A stretch of DNA of 64,000 bases, from assembly GCA_963842945.1 (NCBI GenBank), contig CAWJIM010000002.1, forward strand, positions 256,001 through 320,000, written 5' to 3'. Below are positions 10,285 through 19,356 of this stretch, piece by piece (position 1 is the first letter of the stretch; each line of letters opens with the position of its first letter). The DNA comes from an uncultured Gemmatimonadales bacterium. GTDB lineage: Bacteria; Gemmatimonadota; Gemmatimonadetes; Gemmatimonadales; GWC2-71-9. The position numbers were made by a program, and so were the translations under genes. The notes beneath the pieces are model-generated. The model was not told where the DNA came from. It searched no databases and saw nothing but the letters and a program-made list of their open reading frames with translations.

Positions 10285-13262
10285 ATCACTGCTGAGTGGA
10301 TCTTGTTGGGGCGTCCGGCCGGATCGAGGGCCAGATGGAAGGTGGCGCCCCCAAATGGATTGTTGACCGCCCAAAGCCGGCCGCCATGAGCGTTGACGAT
10401 AGACCGGCAGATGGCGAGCCCCAGGCCCAGTCCGTTTGCCTTGGTCGTGAAGAAGGCGTCAAAGACCTGGTCGAGCCGCTCCGGAGGAATCCCGGTCCCT
10501 CGATCTTGCACCGTAAGCTCAACCCAACCGTCCGGGGTCATGCTGGTCGAGATGGTCAGCAGCCGGTGTTCCGCTGGTCTCCCCGCAACGGCATCACAGG
10601 CATTGCTGATCAGGTTCAAGATCACCTGCTGCAGCTCCACCCGATCTCCCAGCACCAGCGGCATGACCGGGATGAGCCGGATGTCGGTGGCTACCCTCCG
10701 CCGGATCAGCTCGCTGTGCAGCAGGTCCCTGACCTCTTCGATCACCTCGTTCAGATTCACTTCGGTTGTTCGCATCTCCCCCTTCTTCAGGAGAGCGCGC
10801 AGCCGGCCGATCACCTGACCCGCCCGGCGGTCATCGAACACGATGTCGTCCAGAATGGCGCGGACCTCGACCAGATCGGGAGCGTTTCGGCTCATGATCC
10901 GCTGGGCGGCCCGAGTGTTGGCCAGGATGGCGGCGAGCGGCTGATTCAGCTCATGGGCCAGGGCGCCGGACAGCTCGCCCAGTGAGGCCACCCGGCCCAG
11001 ATGGGCCAGCTCGCGGCGCTGGGCCTCCGCCGCCACTTCGGCCTGCTTCCGTTCAGTCACGTCCCGCACGTTGACGATGAAGCATTGCTCGCCGGCCATT
11101 TCCATGGTGTCGGCGACCAGGAGGACCTGGAGAATTTCTCCGGAGCCGGTTCGCAGCTCCATCTCGAATTCGTGGAGAAATCCCTCAGCTTCGAGCTGCT
11201 GCTGGGCGATGCTGAGCTGGCACTCGTCCACGATCATGTTCAGCTCTTCGCCGGTGCGCCCCACCACGTCCTTCCGGGAAAGCCCGAACATCATCTCCCA
11301 CTTTTCATTCACCTCCACCACCCGATAATCGCCCTGGCGAACGATGGCGATGCCGTGGGGACTGGAATGAAAGGCCTTGCCGAAACGCTCTTCCGAGCTT
11401 CGAAGCGCTTGCTCGGCGGTAATCCGGTCCGCGATCTCCGCCTCGAGCGCCACCACCGCCGCAGACAGGTCGGCGGTGCGATCTACCACCCGCGATTCCA
11501 GCTGTTGCTGGGTATCCCGCAGCTCCTGCTCCACGCGCTTCTGGTCCTCAATGTCGGTACAGGAGCCGTACCAGCGGATGATGGCGCCCGACTCATCGCG
11601 AACCGGATGGGCCCTGGCCAGATGCCAGCGATATTCTCCGGTATTGGCGACTAGAAGCCGGTGCTCGACCTCACACGGTTCCCCGGTGGCCACGGAGTGG
11701 AGCCAGGCGTCCCGGGTCTCTTGCTGGTCCTCGGGATGGGTCATAGAGAGCCAGCTCTGATCCGTAATGACGGACTCAGCGGCCCCGGTCATCTGGTACC
11801 AGCGCTGGTTGAAGGATTCCAGCCGCCCCTCGGCCGTGGCGGTCCACACGATCTGGGGCATGGCGTTCGCCATTTCCCTGAGGCGCCCCTCGCTTTCGCG
11901 CAGCGCCTCCTCCTCCCGCCGCATAGCCTCCGCGTTTTTCTGCTGGGTGATGTCCACGTTTACACCCAGCATTCGCGTCGGCCGCCCGGACCCATCGTAC
12001 AGCGTCTTTCCCTTCCCCAGGATCCAGCGCGGCTCCGAACCGGACTGAATTACCCGAAACTCACACTCGTATGGCCTGCCCTCATCCCGCGCGCCGAGAA
12101 TTGCCGTCTGCACCCGGAGCCGATCCTCCGGGACGATGGCATTTAGGAAAGCACCCAAGGAGACGTCCGGGCCTTCGCCGTATAGGCCCATCATCTGCTT
12201 GGATTTTTCCGACCACCGCCCCGCGTCCTGCCCGATCCGCCACTCCCAGGTGCCGAGCTGCGCCGCGCCCAGAGTCAGGTTGAGCCGTTCCTCGTTCTCC
12301 CGCGACCTTACCTCCATGTCCCGGCGCTCTTCGATCACCGCGGCCAGCATCAGAAGCGGAACGGAGAACACGATCATGAAGAGCTGGATGGTCAGCGCGT
12401 TCTCCGCCGGCGAGCTGGTTAGGAAGGGGCCACGGCCGTGCACCGCTCCCCAGATTGCCCAGGCCGTGACGATCAGGAGGAAGCTGCTGGTTCCCCGGGC
12501 TCCGGCCCGGACGGCCGCCCAGAGGACAAAGGGCAGCGGAACGTACGGGAGAATGGGCGACGTGCTGAAGCCTGCCTGCTCTCCATTGAAGACCAGGGCT
12601 GACGCTAGCAGGAGACCTGCGGTGAGGAGCGCGATCTCCAGCTGACGCGCGCTCGAAGCCAGCCGCAGATCGGCAAAGCCCTCGGTGCTCCAGCTGACGA
12701 TCACCGGCACCAGGGTCAATGACGCGAGCACGTTGGAGAACAGCCGGGTGCGCCAGAGCTCCCAGAAGCCGCTCTCCGCGGCGTGATTGAGCGTGACGAC
12801 GCCCGCATCCAGAAAGCAGGACACGAACGTTCCCACGAACGCGGCCCCAAAAATGAACACGCCTACGTGGTGCGAGCGATCGAAGCGAAGCTCCCCCTTG
12901 ACGAGATGCCGCACGATGGCGGCCCCGATCAGCGCCTCGCTGCAGTTGCTGATGTACCAGCCCAGGACCATTGCGGGAGGAAACCCGAGCGGGAGCTGAA
13001 CGGCGAGGTGGGCGGGAAGTGCGCCGAGCAACACCAGCCACCACGACCGGGTCGGCGTGAGGAGCAGCGCCGCCAGAACGATCGAGTTGGGCGGCCATAG
13101 GGTGGAGATGGGACTGGGCTTGAGGGTCAGCGCAAAGCCGAGCTTGGCGCCGAGATAATACGCCAGGCAGACGAGCAACGCCGCCTTGAGCGCCTTGCGC
13201 TCCGGAAAAGCCGGAGCGTGCAGGGCGATCTTGGGTAGGGTGGTATCGCTGAAGTGACTCAC
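10269..13262 (-). CDS. MASE1-PAS sensor histidine kinase (FixL/NodV-like)
   Basis: N-terminal MASE1-like TM domain (LWPPN), three PAS/PAC repeats, AHELNQPL H-box, NLISNA, FFTTK..GLGLGL. Confidence 0.93.
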   Translation of the reverse strand: MSHFSDTTLPKIALHAPAFPERKALKAALLVCLAYYLGAKLGFALTLKPSPISTLWPPNSIVLAALLLTPTRSWWLVLLGALPAHLAVQLPLGFPPAMVLGWYISNCSEALIGAAIVRHLVKGELRFDRSHHVGVFIFGAAFVGTFVSCFLDAGVVTLNHAAESGFWELWRTRLFSNVLASLTLVPVIVSWSTEGFADLRLASSARQLEIALLTAGLLLASALVFNGEQAGFSTSPILPYVPLPFVLWAAVRAGARGTSSFLLIVTAWAIWGAVHGRGPFLTSSPAENALTIQLFMIVFSVPLLMLAAVIEERRDMEVRSRENEERLNLTLGAAQLGTWEWRIGQDAGRWSEKSKQMMGLYGEGPDVSLGAFLNAIVPEDRLRVQTAILGARDEGRPYECEFRVIQSGSEPRWILGKGKTLYDGSGRPTRMLGVNVDITQQKNAEAMRREEEALRESEGRLREMANAMPQIVWTATAEGRLESFNQRWYQMTGAAESVITDQSWLSMTHPEDQQETRDAWLHSVATGEPCEVEHRLLVANTGEYRWHLARAHPVRDESGAIIRWYGSCTDIEDQKRVEQELRDTQQQLESRVVDRTADLSAAVVALEAEIADRITAEQALRSSEERFGKAFHSSPHGIAIVRQGDYRVVEVNEKWEMMFGLSRKDVVGRTGEELNMIVDECQLSIAQQQLEAEGFLHEFEMELRTGSGEILQVLLVADTMEMAGEQCFIVNVRDVTERKQAEVAAEAQRRELAHLGRVASLGELSGALAHELNQPLAAILANTRAAQRIMSRNAPDLVEVRAILDDIVFDDRRAGQVIGRLRALLKKGEMRTTEVNLNEVIEEVRDLLHSELIRRRVATDIRLIPVMPLVLGDRVELQQVILNLISNACDAVAGRPAEHRLLTISTSMTPDGWVELTVQDRGTGIPPERLDQVFDAFFTTKANGLGLGLAICRSIVNAHGGRLWAVNNPFGGATFHLALDPAGRPNKIHSAVIHSGR

Positions 13263-13363
13263 AGCGGATCTGCGGCTCAGCCCGGACCTCTCTCTGGTTG
13301 AACCAAGTATGGGCAGACGTGCCCAAGCTCGCCAGTGAACCAGGCCTTCGGAGCTGAGCTGGC

Positions 13364-13380
13364 TTAGCCTAAAGTGCAGT
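13364..13380 (+). promoter_or_regulatory. Motif B copy 3 (TTAGCCTAAAGTGCAGT) with TACCAT 21 nt downstream
   Basis: Intergenic copy pointing into a region with no obvious CDS. Confidence 0.55.
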
Positions 13381-13598
13381 AATCTGCCGGGGAGACCGGG
13401 CTACCATGTTCTAACTACCCGACTTAGCCCGGGTCGGCGCAGGCTCGCCTCTCATCGGGCGTAATCATCACCGAGTCGGCAACGGACAAAATCGCTGAAC
13501 TCGCCAATGATCGGGATGGCTATTCCGGGATGATCGGGAGAAGCCGCGCGCGGCCGCCGAGGCCCTCAAAAAGCCAGGTGACCAGCCGACTGCTTCAA

Positions 13599-14318
13599 TT
13601 ACTGTCGCGCAGACTTATAGAGATCGAGCCGTTTGTTGACCAGGGCCTCCTCCTGCCGCGCCAGCTCATGGGCCAATTTCCGGTACTTCAGTTGTGACTC
13701 GAGAGTCTGCTGCTCCAGTTGCCGAACGATGACCTCCGAGCTCTCCTTGGAAAGCGGCTTGCCGCCTGCTACCTGGCCATTGCCGGAGCGGGCGAGGGCC
13801 AACTGTTGCTCCAGGTCAATCGACTGCTGCCGGGCGAAGCCGGTGAGGCTTGCCTGACGGGCAGCGTCCAGCTCGGCGTGATCTGCGCTCTCCAGCTGTT
13901 CCGCCCAGCGCTTCTCCCGTTCCAGCGCCTTCTTCTCGGTTTCCAGGCGTCGTTTGTCGGAATCGCGTTTCTCCTTTTTCGCCTGCTCGATTTTTACCTC
14001 GATCTCACGCAGATCGAGTCTCCGTTGGTCCACCAGCGCCTTCGACCGGAATTGGGTCTCCTTGGCACGCGAAAGCCGGGCATCGAACCGTCGGAGATCC
14101 TGGTGTGAAGCCGACAGGGCCTCTTGAAGCTGGGCCTCCGACCGGGTCGGGAGTACGATGGTGCCGGCCTTGGCTTGCGACACGGCGGCGGCAGGGGCCG
14201 AGACTGGGGGCACAGGGGCATATCCCTGGGCCGCAGTTTGGGCGGTGTCTTTACTGGCTTCCTGGGCGCCAAGCCGTGCCGCGACGCCGAACAGCAAGGC
14301 TGCCGCGAGCATGCGCAT
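13599..14318 (-). CDS. Secreted coiled-coil hypothetical protein
   Basis: GGAGG before ATG14318; signal peptide MRMLAAALLFGVAARLGA-Q; E/K/Q/R-rich helical body. Confidence 0.7.
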   Translation of the reverse strand: MRMLAAALLFGVAARLGAQEASKDTAQTAAQGYAPVPPVSAPAAAVSQAKAGTIVLPTRSEAQLQEALSASHQDLRRFDARLSRAKETQFRSKALVDQRRLDLREIEVKIEQAKKEKRDSDKRRLETEKKALEREKRWAEQLESADHAELDAARQASLTGFARQQSIDLEQQLALARSGNGQVAGGKPLSKESSEVIVRQLEQQTLESQLKYRKLAHELARQEEALVNKRLDLYKSARQ

Positions 14319-14384
14319 ACGACCTCCGGTGTGTCGGACAGTGAAATGGGGCTGGGTAGACGCTAGGACCGCCGGGGAACAGCG

Positions 14385-14404
14385 GAAACTGGTATTTCTG
14401 ACAG
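14385..14404 (-). promoter_or_regulatory. Motif A copy 3 (GAAACTGGTATTTCTGACAG on + strand)
   Basis: Exact duplicate of 4182-4201; TAGCGT lies 19 nt downstream on the minus strand. Confidence 0.65.
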
Positions 14405-14526
14405 GCCGCATCTGCCCGCTGCAAATGGTCACATCCAATTGCCGCTAAGTCGAGGAGCTCCCGGACCTCGTAGATGAACTTTCGCTCAGGTCGAGCGGAC
14501 GCAAGCCGCAGAAGTGCCAACCTGGC

Positions 14527-14543
14527 CTAGCCCAAGGTCCAGT
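14527..14543 (+). promoter_or_regulatory. Motif B copy 4 (CTAGCCCAAGGTCCAGT) with TAACCT 22 nt downstream
   Basis: Intergenic copy upstream of tamB. Confidence 0.6.
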
Positions 14544-14622
14544 ACCATCGCATTTTGGTGAGGTCTAACCTCGAATTTCACTCTCATCCTCCGGCTCCCT
14601 CCGGAAACGCGGAGGCGCATCC

Positions 14623-17600
14623 GTGTTCCGCATCCTCCGCCGAGTTGTGCTCTTCGGGTTCCTAGGCGGAGCTTTCCTGCTGCTGATCCTGCTACTGGTG
14701 CTCCGCGCCGGTGCCGACGCGCGCCTGATCAATTCCGTGTTGCGCTCGGTCATCCCCGGGGCCACCACGTCAGTAGCCGACGTATCCGGCAATTATTTCT
14801 CGCGTCTTAAACTTCTGGACATCCGGATTGTGCGGCAGGACGGTGTCGTGCTGCTGCGCTGCGACACGGCCAGCATCGGGTATGAGCTCCTGCCGCTGCT
14901 GTCTGGCAAGGTCGTCATCAACCGAGTTGCTCTGGGAGGGCCGCGGCTGGTTCTCGCGGAATCTCCCGAAGGCTCCTGGAATCCGATGCCCCCGTCTGGC
15001 CCCAAACCCCCATCAGCCAAGTCGAAATCTTTTCCAGCAATTACGGTGGAGCAGTTTTCCATCATACGCGGGTCTGCCGAATTTCGCTCCCCACGGTCGG
15101 AGCAGCCGCTGGAAGTTCGCTTCAATGCGGCAGGGGCACTGGTTGACCGGCGCCTCACTGTCGATCGATTCCAGCTCGAGTCTGATTCCAGCGCTGTGCT
15201 CGCCAAGGGAGCGATCACCTTCCCGAGACCCGGCGAGCGACTAAATCTGCACGAGCTCAGCGTCAACCTCGGGGCCCAGCCGCTCGCAGTCCGGGATGTT
15301 CGAACCTTTGTCTCCCAGCCCGACCTGAACGGCACGGTCAGGCTGCAGGGGCGTTTGGAGGGAGATGGCAATCACTCTACCGTCACGCTAGAGACTTCGA
15401 TTCGGAACCTCCGAGGAGGACCGATAAGCAGACTCTCGCCGCAACCTGTCGACGGACTCATCGCGGTCAACTTCTCGGGCCAGCGCCTCTCCGACATGAC
15501 TGGCCACGCGCGGGTCGAGCTCTCCAATCAGAAGCGGAGAGTGACGGCGCAAGTCCAACTCGCCGGCGGCCAGGCACAGCTCGAGCTCCGCGGCAATCTC
15601 GGCGTAGCCCTTGCCCAGATGAGTGGCTGGATAAGGCCATTCGATTCCCTTCCGAGCTACGATCTCCAGGGTCAATCGCGTCCCGTTAAGAAGGTGACTC
15701 CGCCGAAGGGAGACAAATGGCTCAACCCTTGGAACCGGACCATAGCCGTCAGGGCCCAGGGCCGTGGACTGCCGCCGCACCATGCGGTGGGCCGAGCAAC
15801 CGTCCGTGTCGGACCGGTACGCGCGGGAGCGACGCTGCTCGATTCCGGCGTAGTTGACCTTCGTCTCAATGGCGCAGTGGCGCTGTTCGCGGCAAAGGCG
15901 GGCTTAAGCCGCGGAATGGTGGAGGCACACGGGAAGGCTCGTTGGGGCTCCGGAGCGGAGCTGTGGATTCAACGCGGGAGTATTGCCAACCTGGACCTCG
16001 CCGCCATTCTGGGCGACTCGGCATGGCAGCGCATCCAGGGCAACTTCTCGCTCAACGTGGCCAGTAAGAATGGAGGCCTGCGATTCAGCACGCGGTCACA
16101 TCTGAATGATGCCGACCTCGAGCTACGAGCCGTCTCCCGGTCCAAGGGCAGCGAGCGGAGTCTCACCATTCGGCAGCTCGCCTTCGACCACCTGGATTTT
16201 TCGCGCTTCCGGTCTCACGAGCCCGTCAGCGATCTCAATGGCGACCTCCGGCTGCACGCTGCCGGAAGGAGTCTACGTACAGCTGTGGCCACCGTATCGG
16301 TGCGTCTCAACCCAAGTCGACTCGACCGATTCGATCTGGAGCGGCTGATTCTGGAAGCCGGCCTGAAAGGCGGCGCCGCTCGGGCTCAGGGCCAAGTGGC
16401 TACTCCGGCAGGACAGCTCAGCTTCGCCGGCGGCGTGCGCCCCTTCGACAGTGTGCCGAGCTACGATCTCCGGCAGCTTGATTTCAGCGACCTGGACCTG
16501 GGCCGGCTGCTCCAAAAGAAGGATCTGTCCACTCGCCTCACGGGATCGTTCACCTCGGAGGGCAGAGGAAAGACCCTCCGCGATGCCGAGCTCAAGGGAA
16601 CTCTCGAGCTAAGGCAGTCTCTCGCCGGTCGCGCCCGAATCTCACACGGCCGGGTCGAAGCCAATCTCAAGGGGGGCGAAGTCGATCTGGTGGGGTCCCT
16701 GCATGGCGAGCACGACAGCCTCCTGATTGGGGCTGCGGTATCGCCCTTTGAGGAGCATCCTCCGGTCAAGCTGGTGACCCGTCTCCCATTTGCCGAGATA
16801 GCGGCATTTCTCCAGCCAGACAGTGTACCTGATGCAGAAGGCGCGGCGTATCTCGCGCTCTCGGGAACACTGGGCCGTCCCGACAGCATGCGGCTGCAGG
16901 CAGAGCTGGAGGCCGACGGCCGGCTCGGTGACGTGAAGCTGGATTCGCTGAAGGCCAGACTTCGCCTGCGGGACGGCGTGGTCGAGGTGGACAGCCTCGC
17001 GCTCGAGAGCAACGTGGGAGTCGCGACTGCTGCCGGCGTCATGGGGTTGTTCGGCGCTGCGCAGTCGGCTCCGGCCGGACTCCGCCTCCGCGCCAGACTG
17101 GATAGCCTGGCCCCTCTGGTCCCATTCATCGGAACCGACCTCGGTCTGGATTCGGGACGCATCGATCTCACGGCGGGAGGAAGCAGGAACCGTCTGCGCC
17201 TGACCTTGAGCTTGGCAGCGAACGGATTGACCAGAGGCACGCAAAAGCTGGATCAGCTCACGGCAACTGTGGCTGCACGTCTGGAGAAGAATCACCCCTC
17301 CTCAGGCATGGCCCGGGTGACGGCTCGCGGGATACGAACCCGAAAGACTTCGGTTCAGTCCATTGAGGTTCGGGGCAGTTCGGCCGGGGGTGAGCTGGCG
17401 GTGAGAGGAGACGCGGTGATCGACTCCCGAAATAACCTGCGAGGGGTAGCGCGGCTCCGCCGCGAGCGGCAGGGACTTCGGGTGGAGCTGGACTCGCTGA
17501 ACGTCGTCACAAGCAAGCGTCCATGGGCATTGCGTCATCCGGTGGACATGCTCTTCGGGGACAGCATCCGGATAGATGACTTCGTGCTCGCCTCGGGAGC

Positions 17601-19356
17601 GCACCACTTGGCGGTAAACGGCGTCATCGACCGAAAAGGCGAGCAGGATTTCCAGGTAGACATCGATTCCTTGCGGATTCAGCCGATTGCGCACCTGCTC
17701 GGAGCGGGTCAGTTGGATGGCGAGCTCAACGCAATGGCGCACCTCAAGGGCCCTGCAGCGTCACCGGACCTCCAGGCCGAATGGGACGTTGCGGTGCGCT
17801 CCCGCGACCGCGACCTCGGCAGGGTGCGCGGACGAGCCGCGTGGACCACTGATGGATTGAGGATCGACGGCACAGTCGCGCCGCCGGAGAGTGACAGTCT
17901 GACGGTGAAGGGGCGGTTGCCCTTGTCCTTGACGCTCTCCTCGAGCGACTCCGGCAGCGGACTGATTGCGCGCATCCCGGGCGGCGAGCTGGTGCTCGAT
18001 GCGGTCGGTGACAACGTCGACATCAGCAAATTCCAGCCGCTCTTCAATCCCGAGAAGCTGCAGGTTGGGGGGCGGCTGGCCTTGAATGCCCACGCTCGGG
18101 GAAGCTTCGAGGCGCTGCGCCTGGCGGGAGACGTCGTAATGCGGAAGGCGGAGTTCAGGATCAGGCCCCTGGCCAAGTACCACGACGGCCTTCTCCGTCT
18201 CGCGCTGGAAGGCGAGGAGGCGCGGATAGTCGAGGGCCACTTCCAGTCAGGCGAAGGAGAAGCGACACTCGGCGGGAAGATCGGCTTCGACCGGTTTCCC
18301 CAGCTCACGCTGGATATCGGGGCAAAGCTCCAGAACTTCGCGGCGCTCGCGGATGACCAGCTTCGTGCCGGCGCGACCGGAGACGTGCACCTCGGCGGCA
18401 ACGTCAAGAACCCCCGCCTCTCCATCGCGGCCCGGCTGCAGAACACCGATTATTACCTCAAGGCCAAGAACCTCCAGACCTCCGCCGAAGCCGTCGAGCT
18501 GTCGCCCGAAGACCTCCGGATCCTGGAGGAGCGCTTCGGGCCGGAAGTCGTCGCTCAGTCGAAAAAAGTGAAGGGCCTTCTCCCGCCCTGGGGACTCGAC
18601 TGGAAGCTCACGCTGGGCGACAACGTCTGGCTCCGCCGGCGGAGCGATCCGGTGATGGCCGTCGAGCTCACCGGAAACCTCGAGGTCAGGAAGGAGCCGA
18701 ACCAAGTGCTCCAGGCCTTTGGAAAGATTGAGCCCGTGGTGGGACGCAGCTTCGTGCAACTGATGAGCCGGCGCTTCGATCTCAAATCCGGCGATGTAAC
18801 CCTCAACGGCCCCCTCAAGCAGGCCCGAGTCGGGCTGGAGGCGGAGTACCGAACCACCGAGGCCGGCGGCTCGACGCCGATCCTGATCATCGCCACCGTA
18901 AAATCGGACACCGGACTGGTGGTGCAACTCGACTCCCGGCCGGTCATGCGGGAAGCCGACATCATGTCCTATCTCACGACCGGGCGTCCGGCCAGCACCG
19001 ACCCAACGCTCCAGTCCGACGAGCAGGACGTTCTCGCTGCCGGCGCTGGACTCGCTGTCGGGGCAGCGCTCGGCAGCGTGGCGGGCAAGGCGGGGCAAAG
19101 TCTGGGGCTCGATGTGGTGCAAGTGCTCCAGGATCGCGAGGGCGGTCAGACGGTTGTTGCCGGCAAGTATGTCTCTGCCCCGCTCTATCTCGGCTTCCGC
19201 CAACCCATCGTCCCCGCATCCAGCAACTCCCGCTCGAGCAGCACCCAGCAGAACGCAGTGGAGCTGGAGATGGAATACGCTGCGCTGCGCGACATCCTGG
19301 TGAACCTGCAGGCGGGAGGGAGCGAGATGCGGGTCTTCCTCAAGCTGCGGCGGTAA
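14623..19356 (+). CDS. tamB: Translocation and assembly module TamB (AsmA-like)
   Basis: 1577 aa; N-terminal TM anchor; long beta-taco-like repeats; C-terminal DUF490-like region (IMSYLTTG, VVAGKYVS). Confidence 0.85.
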   Translation: MFRILRRVVLFGFLGGAFLLLILLLVLRAGADARLINSVLRSVIPGATTSVADVSGNYFSRLKLLDIRIVRQDGVVLLRCDTASIGYELLPLLSGKVVINRVALGGPRLVLAESPEGSWNPMPPSGPKPPSAKSKSFPAITVEQFSIIRGSAEFRSPRSEQPLEVRFNAAGALVDRRLTVDRFQLESDSSAVLAKGAITFPRPGERLNLHELSVNLGAQPLAVRDVRTFVSQPDLNGTVRLQGRLEGDGNHSTVTLETSIRNLRGGPISRLSPQPVDGLIAVNFSGQRLSDMTGHARVELSNQKRRVTAQVQLAGGQAQLELRGNLGVALAQMSGWIRPFDSLPSYDLQGQSRPVKKVTPPKGDKWLNPWNRTIAVRAQGRGLPPHHAVGRATVRVGPVRAGATLLDSGVVDLRLNGAVALFAAKAGLSRGMVEAHGKARWGSGAELWIQRGSIANLDLAAILGDSAWQRIQGNFSLNVASKNGGLRFSTRSHLNDADLELRAVSRSKGSERSLTIRQLAFDHLDFSRFRSHEPVSDLNGDLRLHAAGRSLRTAVATVSVRLNPSRLDRFDLERLILEAGLKGGAARAQGQVATPAGQLSFAGGVRPFDSVPSYDLRQLDFSDLDLGRLLQKKDLSTRLTGSFTSEGRGKTLRDAELKGTLELRQSLAGRARISHGRVEANLKGGEVDLVGSLHGEHDSLLIGAAVSPFEEHPPVKLVTRLPFAEIAAFLQPDSVPDAEGAAYLALSGTLGRPDSMRLQAELEADGRLGDVKLDSLKARLRLRDGVVEVDSLALESNVGVATAAGVMGLFGAAQSAPAGLRLRARLDSLAPLVPFIGTDLGLDSGRIDLTAGGSRNRLRLTLSLAANGLTRGTQKLDQLTATVAARLEKNHPSSGMARVTARGIRTRKTSVQSIEVRGSSAGGELAVRGDAVIDSRNNLRGVARLRRERQGLRVELDSLNVVTSKRPWALRHPVDMLFGDSIRIDDFVLASGAHHLAVNGVIDRKGEQDFQVDIDSLRIQPIAHLLGAGQLDGELNAMAHLKGPAASPDLQAEWDVAVRSRDRDLGRVRGRAAWTTDGLRIDGTVAPPESDSLTVKGRLPLSLTLSSSDSGSGLIARIPGGELVLDAVGDNVDISKFQPLFNPEKLQVGGRLALNAHARGSFEALRLAGDVVMRKAEFRIRPLAKYHDGLLRLALEGEEARIVEGHFQSGEGEATLGGKIGFDRFPQLTLDIGAKLQNFAALADDQLRAGATGDVHLGGNVKNPRLSIAARLQNTDYYLKAKNLQTSAEAVELSPEDLRILEERFGPEVVAQSKKVKGLLPPWGLDWKLTLGDNVWLRRRSDPVMAVELTGNLEVRKEPNQVLQAFGKIEPVVGRSFVQLMSRRFDLKSGDVTLNGPLKQARVGLEAEYRTTEAGGSTPILIIATVKSDTGLVVQLDSRPVMREADIMSYLTTGRPASTDPTLQSDEQDVLAAGAGLAVGAALGSVAGKAGQSLGLDVVQVLQDREGGQTVVAGKYVSAPLYLGFRQPIVPASSNSRSSSTQQNAVELEMEYAALRDILVNLQAGGSEMRVFLKLRR

